Positions 59,981 to 64,000 of a DNA stretch of 64,000 nt are shown one piece after another. This stretch comes from Lepidodermella squamata (taxonomy: Eukaryota; Animalia; Gastrotricha). Each line of letters begins with the position of its first letter. The first letter of the stretch is position 1. Location of the stretch: contig JBLDXI010000042.1 of assembly GCA_047495785.1 (NCBI GenBank), forward strand, positions 558,001 through 622,000, in the 5' to 3' direction. The translations under genes and the position numbers were made by a program. The notes beneath the pieces are model-generated. The model saw only the letters and a list, made by a program, of their open reading frames with translations. It had not been told where the DNA came from and searched no databases.

Positions 59981-61483
59981 CGAGATGAGATGAGATGAGA
60001 GATGGCGCTGCGACGTTTCTTGCAGAGCAAACTAGTAACATATTGTTCGCAGACGAAGTCTTCAGGCTCTGGTCCATTACATTTGATGAGTACGGCTGGG
60101 TATAGAAAAGTGAAAGTCATCAGTTTCAAATAAATCTGAACGCTCAATCAAAGCAAATTCATTGCGGAAAAGCCCCTTTCACACTCAGCAGTGCAAAACG
60201 GCAACATCTTTATAGCTTCGTCAACAAGACAGCCAGTTCCCCAGATTGACACGATATCAAAGGGTCGTTTCATTATGCTGCCCTAATTTGATTGTTGAAT
60301 ATCTGATTGTTAAATATTCATATATTTTCATATTTTTCATGTTGTATTGACTATTGCATTGATTTCGATGCTGATCCCGACCAGTCTACTTTTTCTGCTA
60401 CCATTTTCAATGTTGTTGTTGCCTCAACATTTCCATTGATCACTTGTCTGAGCTGTCCTCTTCTGGGCGTTATGGCTCCCTAAATAAATAAATAATAAAT
60501 AAACAGCTAGTGAAATGCCTGCCCCTTTAGCCGCCTCATTCTGGATGATTATAATTCAGACTTCATGGCTTTTGAAGATTTTCGCAGCAATTTTTTCAGG
60601 AGGATCCCAAGTCAGCATCTGAACCATAGACAATAATACAAGATCGGAAACTTACAGTTCTCACATAGTGTAAAATTGCATCAGCTGCAAGGGATTAGTG
60701 ACCCTGTTTGTTTACTTTTCTCGCGTAGCGTAAAACAACCCAGTTATAATCTTATTAACTGGGGTTTTCGATTTCAAAATTTCCTCCTTGTTCATATGCA
60801 CGAAATGATGAACTAAGCGAACTATTCGATAAACTGGGAGAGATGGCCTCACCAACCTGAAAGCTCACCAACCTGTTAGAAAATATATTATGAAATTGGG
60901 AAAATTACCTGTTTTTGGTGTTTGATCGCTGATTGTTCGATATCAATCGATGTGGCGTTGCGTGTATTATTGTCTATGATCTGAACGTTACTAGACGCCT
61001 TTGTTTGCTATGTTTGATGAAGCTCAAGACACACCTATTAACATCAAAAGCATTGAAAATCTTCACAATTCCGTCGGTTCGCTCTTATTTTTGTTGTATC
61101 AACAGTCATTTTGGCAGATGCAGCAGCAACAAAATCTCTATACCTGGCAACTCCAAGGTCGCACACTGCGGTACAGCCTGGCGTCGGCCGCGTTAGGCTG
61201 AACCCAGGCCATCGCTAATTCAGGGGCAAAGTATCGGAGAGTGAGTCCAGGAAGGTCAGGTTCAGCTCAAATACAGTGTTTCTTTTATCATTGATATTTC
61301 ACATATTGCTCAGAAATTCAGATTCAGTCGCCAGCCTCATAGAACTGCCAGCTACGTTGTTTGATTTATTACATTAATCGGCTTTCGGCTTTAAATAAAC
61401 ACTTCATACTCGCAGTTCCCACAGATAAATACATTAATAATTTAGAATTGTCTTCACTGGACATTGATGATGATGGCCGATCT

Positions 61484-61571
61484 CACAGCAATTCAGGAAT
61501 CGCAAAAGCAGCACAATAGATTTCTAGAACTCGCTGGTTTTCGAAGGAAACAGAAGCAGTTGAGAAAATAT
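61484..61571 (-). pseudogene. 3' end of a further array copy, with its last exon interrupted by the Sola1 copy
   Basis: Reads ...FSTASVSFENQRVLEIYCAAFAIPELL*; the Sola1 TIR begins directly after the ATAT at 61568-61571. Confidence 0.75.
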
Positions 61572-64000
61572 CGATGATTTTGCGCTATAAGGAGCCAATG
61601 AAAAAATTCCTATCCAGAGTACTACGCACTATAAATAGTACTACGCACACATGTAGTAAGATATAGCCCATTGTATTCTGTGTGGAAAAAATATATGTAC
61701 TGGACGAATAATGACCAACAAATATCTTCGATACTGCGGTCATTCTGAGGTGTCTGCGCTGGGAATTCCGAGATAATCATGGAGGAAACGTTTCAGAAAC
61801 TCCTGGACTGAATCGTTCTTAGACAGCTCGAGTAAAACACAGTTCATACTCTCAACAATAAGCTTGTTTTAATAATTTTGAAACGCTTTCAAGTAGTCAT
61901 ATCCATCCAAGTTTCGAGGGCGTAATGTCACGGCGGAGGTTTAGCGTCAATGCTGCAAGCAGTAGGTTTGTCTGCGTCTTCTTCGTAAGCCATTATGACT
62001 GAGCGATAAGCTTCTGGAATGGTGCCTTTGTTGACCATTTCGATGAGATCCTTCTTAAGACTGGAATCGATCGGCAATCGCTTTTCGTATTTTTGAACAA
62101 GTTGGAAAGGAAACAAAATGACGTCTTTGTTGTAGCGCTTGGCGACGAAAGTATGAAAAGCCAAGTCGAAAGTTTTCTTGGTTTGGAGATAATTAGGGTA
62201 GTCTTTCTCGTATCTGATCCAACATGGCTCCGACCATTTAACATCATTTTTCTGTTCGTCTTGCAAATACTGAGCGAACTTTGGTGACTTGTCAAAGCTG
62301 AAGAAGCTTGCAAATTGCATTTCAGTTATGCTGTATGGTTTCACTTTCAAGCGGTTTGGTGTTTCCTCGCCGTACACTTCGAGTCTCAGATCAGCATCAA
62401 TCGGAGCCTTCCGCGACGCGGCCACGATTTCTCTCCATTCATTTGAATAGCTGATGTTGACTCGTTTCTTAGCTTCCCTTTCAATAGTGGCATGCACGGA
62501 ATCACATTCCATTTGCGAGTGGCCCGGCTCGAAAAACTTGTGATCGATGACTTTGAGATTACCTTTGGAATTGGACAAGGCTGCGAATAAAGCGTTGACA
62601 ATGTACTGAGATTTGTTTTGGCTTCCAGTGCTGTCGCTCCATAGAATCAACTGCTCAACTTCGTCAGGAATCATTTCAGTGATGAATTTATAGAGACATG
62701 AACCGACTTCATCCGTCCCACGACCCCCTTCTGTTTGATCCCACATGAAACAGTAGACATCTTTTGATGAAGTATCGTAGAAAGTCAGGTTTGAGGTGTG
62801 GAACTTTTTTTTGTACATTATCGAGCAGCAAGGGCTTTCGAGGATTGACTGCATATCAAACTGGATGCACAAGATCAATCCTTTCGACTGTTTTGCTAGA
62901 ATTTTGTCAGCATTCTTGGCATCTCTTGCAGCGTCTCTGTTGGATTCGTGGTTCCGTTTCTCCACGATCACTTCATGGGTGAACAGTTCATCCGGCAAAG
63001 TCGCAAATCGTGTGCATTTCTTGCAGGTGTCCTTCTTGGGATGACTGAAAGCGAGATTGGGAAAAGATCTCTTGAATATGGATCGGTAAGTAGCGTATTT
63101 GACGGGTTTCTCATCAGTACGCAGAGCCCAGTTTTGGTGTGCTATGCAGTACATTCGATGCATTTCCTTCAGATTGAGCGCGGACCCGAGATATTGCTTG
63201 CTAGTTTGACTTCTCGCATAATGACTGTCTAATCGCTCGAAAGAAGTGATGTGCTGATAAACAAATTTGTAAGAATTATCGCTGGTGGTATTCGGCGGCT
63301 TATGGCGACCGCGTTGATCTGGTATGATGTAGAAGCCGTCTTCGACTTTTTTCTCAACAGTTGTGTTTATAAAAGCGCGAGTTTCATCGAGCGCCTTCAG
63401 AAAGAAAGACCTGCATACTTCGATTGAGTCCCTAGATTGTGAAGGCGAAGGGGTTGCCAAGTAGTTGCCTGGTAAGTAATAATCAAATCTTCGAGGACCA
63501 TTCTCTCGTTTCTGTTTATAACTGACGTAACGGTTGATGAATGCTCGTCTAGCGTCGATAGATGCTCGGGACCAGTAAGTGTTAAAGCATTGTTTGACTG
63601 AATTTTCATTGAATTTCAAGGAGCATTTACGCCAGCAACCACACTTGAAGTAAACAGGCTTACGACCGGAATTTAACTTAGCGCTAACCCCTTTATCTGA
63701 CTGACGGTAGGGTTTCCCAGAGTTGCGCTTGCGTTTTCTTTCCATCGCTTGTTTGGATGGGCGGTGTCTAGAATCCACTATCCTCGGAGGAAACTGTTTC
63801 AGCCAATGGTCGTTATCAGTCATCAGCTCAAATCGTTGTTAAAAATGAAACGTTGAATGCTTTAGTCCTAAATGACAAGCGTCATAAATTAAAATGTCAA
63901 GGATAGAAAACAGGGAGTTGTCGAAAGCCGAATTGCCAATCTGAGAAGTTCTGTTCTTGACCTAAGGCTGTATGACCTCAGATTTACAGCTACCGATGAA
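61572..64000 (-). mobile_element. Second Sola1-type transposon copy (runs beyond the window)
   Basis: Same terminus after ATAT, same 356-nt offset to the ORF, near-identical sequence to 27287 onward. Confidence 0.92.
61928..63823 (-). CDS. Sola1-like transposase, 631 aa
   Basis: Four amino-acid differences from the 27643-29538 protein (F/L, K/N, F/I, E/D). Confidence 0.87.
   Translation of the reverse strand: MTDNDHWLKQFPPRIVDSRHRPSKQAMERKRKRNSGKPYRQSDKGVSAKLNSGRKPVYFKCGCWRKCSLKFNENSVKQCFNTYWSRASIDARRAFINRYVSYKQKRENGPRRFDYYLPGNYLATPSPSQSRDSIEVCRSFFLKALDETRAFINTTVEKKVEDGFYIIPDQRGRHKPPNTTSDNSYKFVYQHITSFERLDSHYARSQTSKQYLGSALNLKEMHRMYCIAHQNWALRTDEKPVKYATYRSIFKRSFPNLAFSHPKKDTCKKCTRFATLPDELFTHEVIVEKRNHESNRDAARDAKNADKILAKQSKGLILCIQFDMQSILESPCCSIMYKKKFHTSNLTFYDTSSKDVYCFMWDQTEGGRGTDEVGSCLYKFITEMIPDEVEQLILWSDSTGSQNKSQYIVNALFAALSNSKGNLKVIDHKFFEPGHSQMECDSVHATIEREAKKRVNISYSNEWREIVAASRKAPIDADLRLEVYGEETPNRLKVKPYSITEMQFASFFSFDKSPKFAQYLQDEQKNDVKWSEPCWIRYEKDYPNYLQTKKTFDLAFHTFVAKRYNKDVILFPFQLVQKYEKRLPIDSSLKKDLIEMVNKGTIPEAYRSVIMAYEEDADKPTACSIDAKPPP

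Noticed and set aside
60933-61201. Short ORFs including a Gln-rich one
   Set aside because: No motifs or supported splice structure.

Overview
Eukaryotic (metazoan invertebrate) genomic DNA with many short GT-AG introns (~45-60 nt). An acoel-like animal is my inference only. 0-20 kb is a receptor/signalling block: (i) a two-exon, 921-aa Cys-loop pentameric ligand-gated ion channel subunit carrying two extra N-terminal LamG/pentraxin-like domains; (ii) a 7-exon NEK-like kinase fused to 19 ankyrin repeats; (iii) two convergent GABA-B-like class C GPCRs; (iv) a galaxin-like di-Cys exon. 21-62 kb is a tandem array of multi-exon genes for secreted proteins made of ~6 short Cys-rich modules plus two LamG-like domains with the same motif signature as the channel's. 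The array has three apparently complete copies, several fragments, a chimera and an inverted partial copy, interleaved with a small secreted acidic CxxxC...CxC protein gene and its pseudogene. One intron of the first array gene holds a triple nest. A CACTG-ended foldback element contains a very young Ty3/Gypsy LTR retrotransposon (431-bp LTRs, 1 mismatch, CTTG TSD; gag, -1 frameshifted pol, an env-like ORF3 and an orphan ORF4). Its pol is split by an intact Sola1-type DNA transposon (ATAT TSD). A second near-identical Sola1 copy runs off the right edge of the window. Several hAT-type and pogo-type MITEs and a Helitron 3' end are also present. Best candidates for new biology: the LamG-capped ion channel with its neighbouring soluble LamG family, and the four-ORF Gypsy element.
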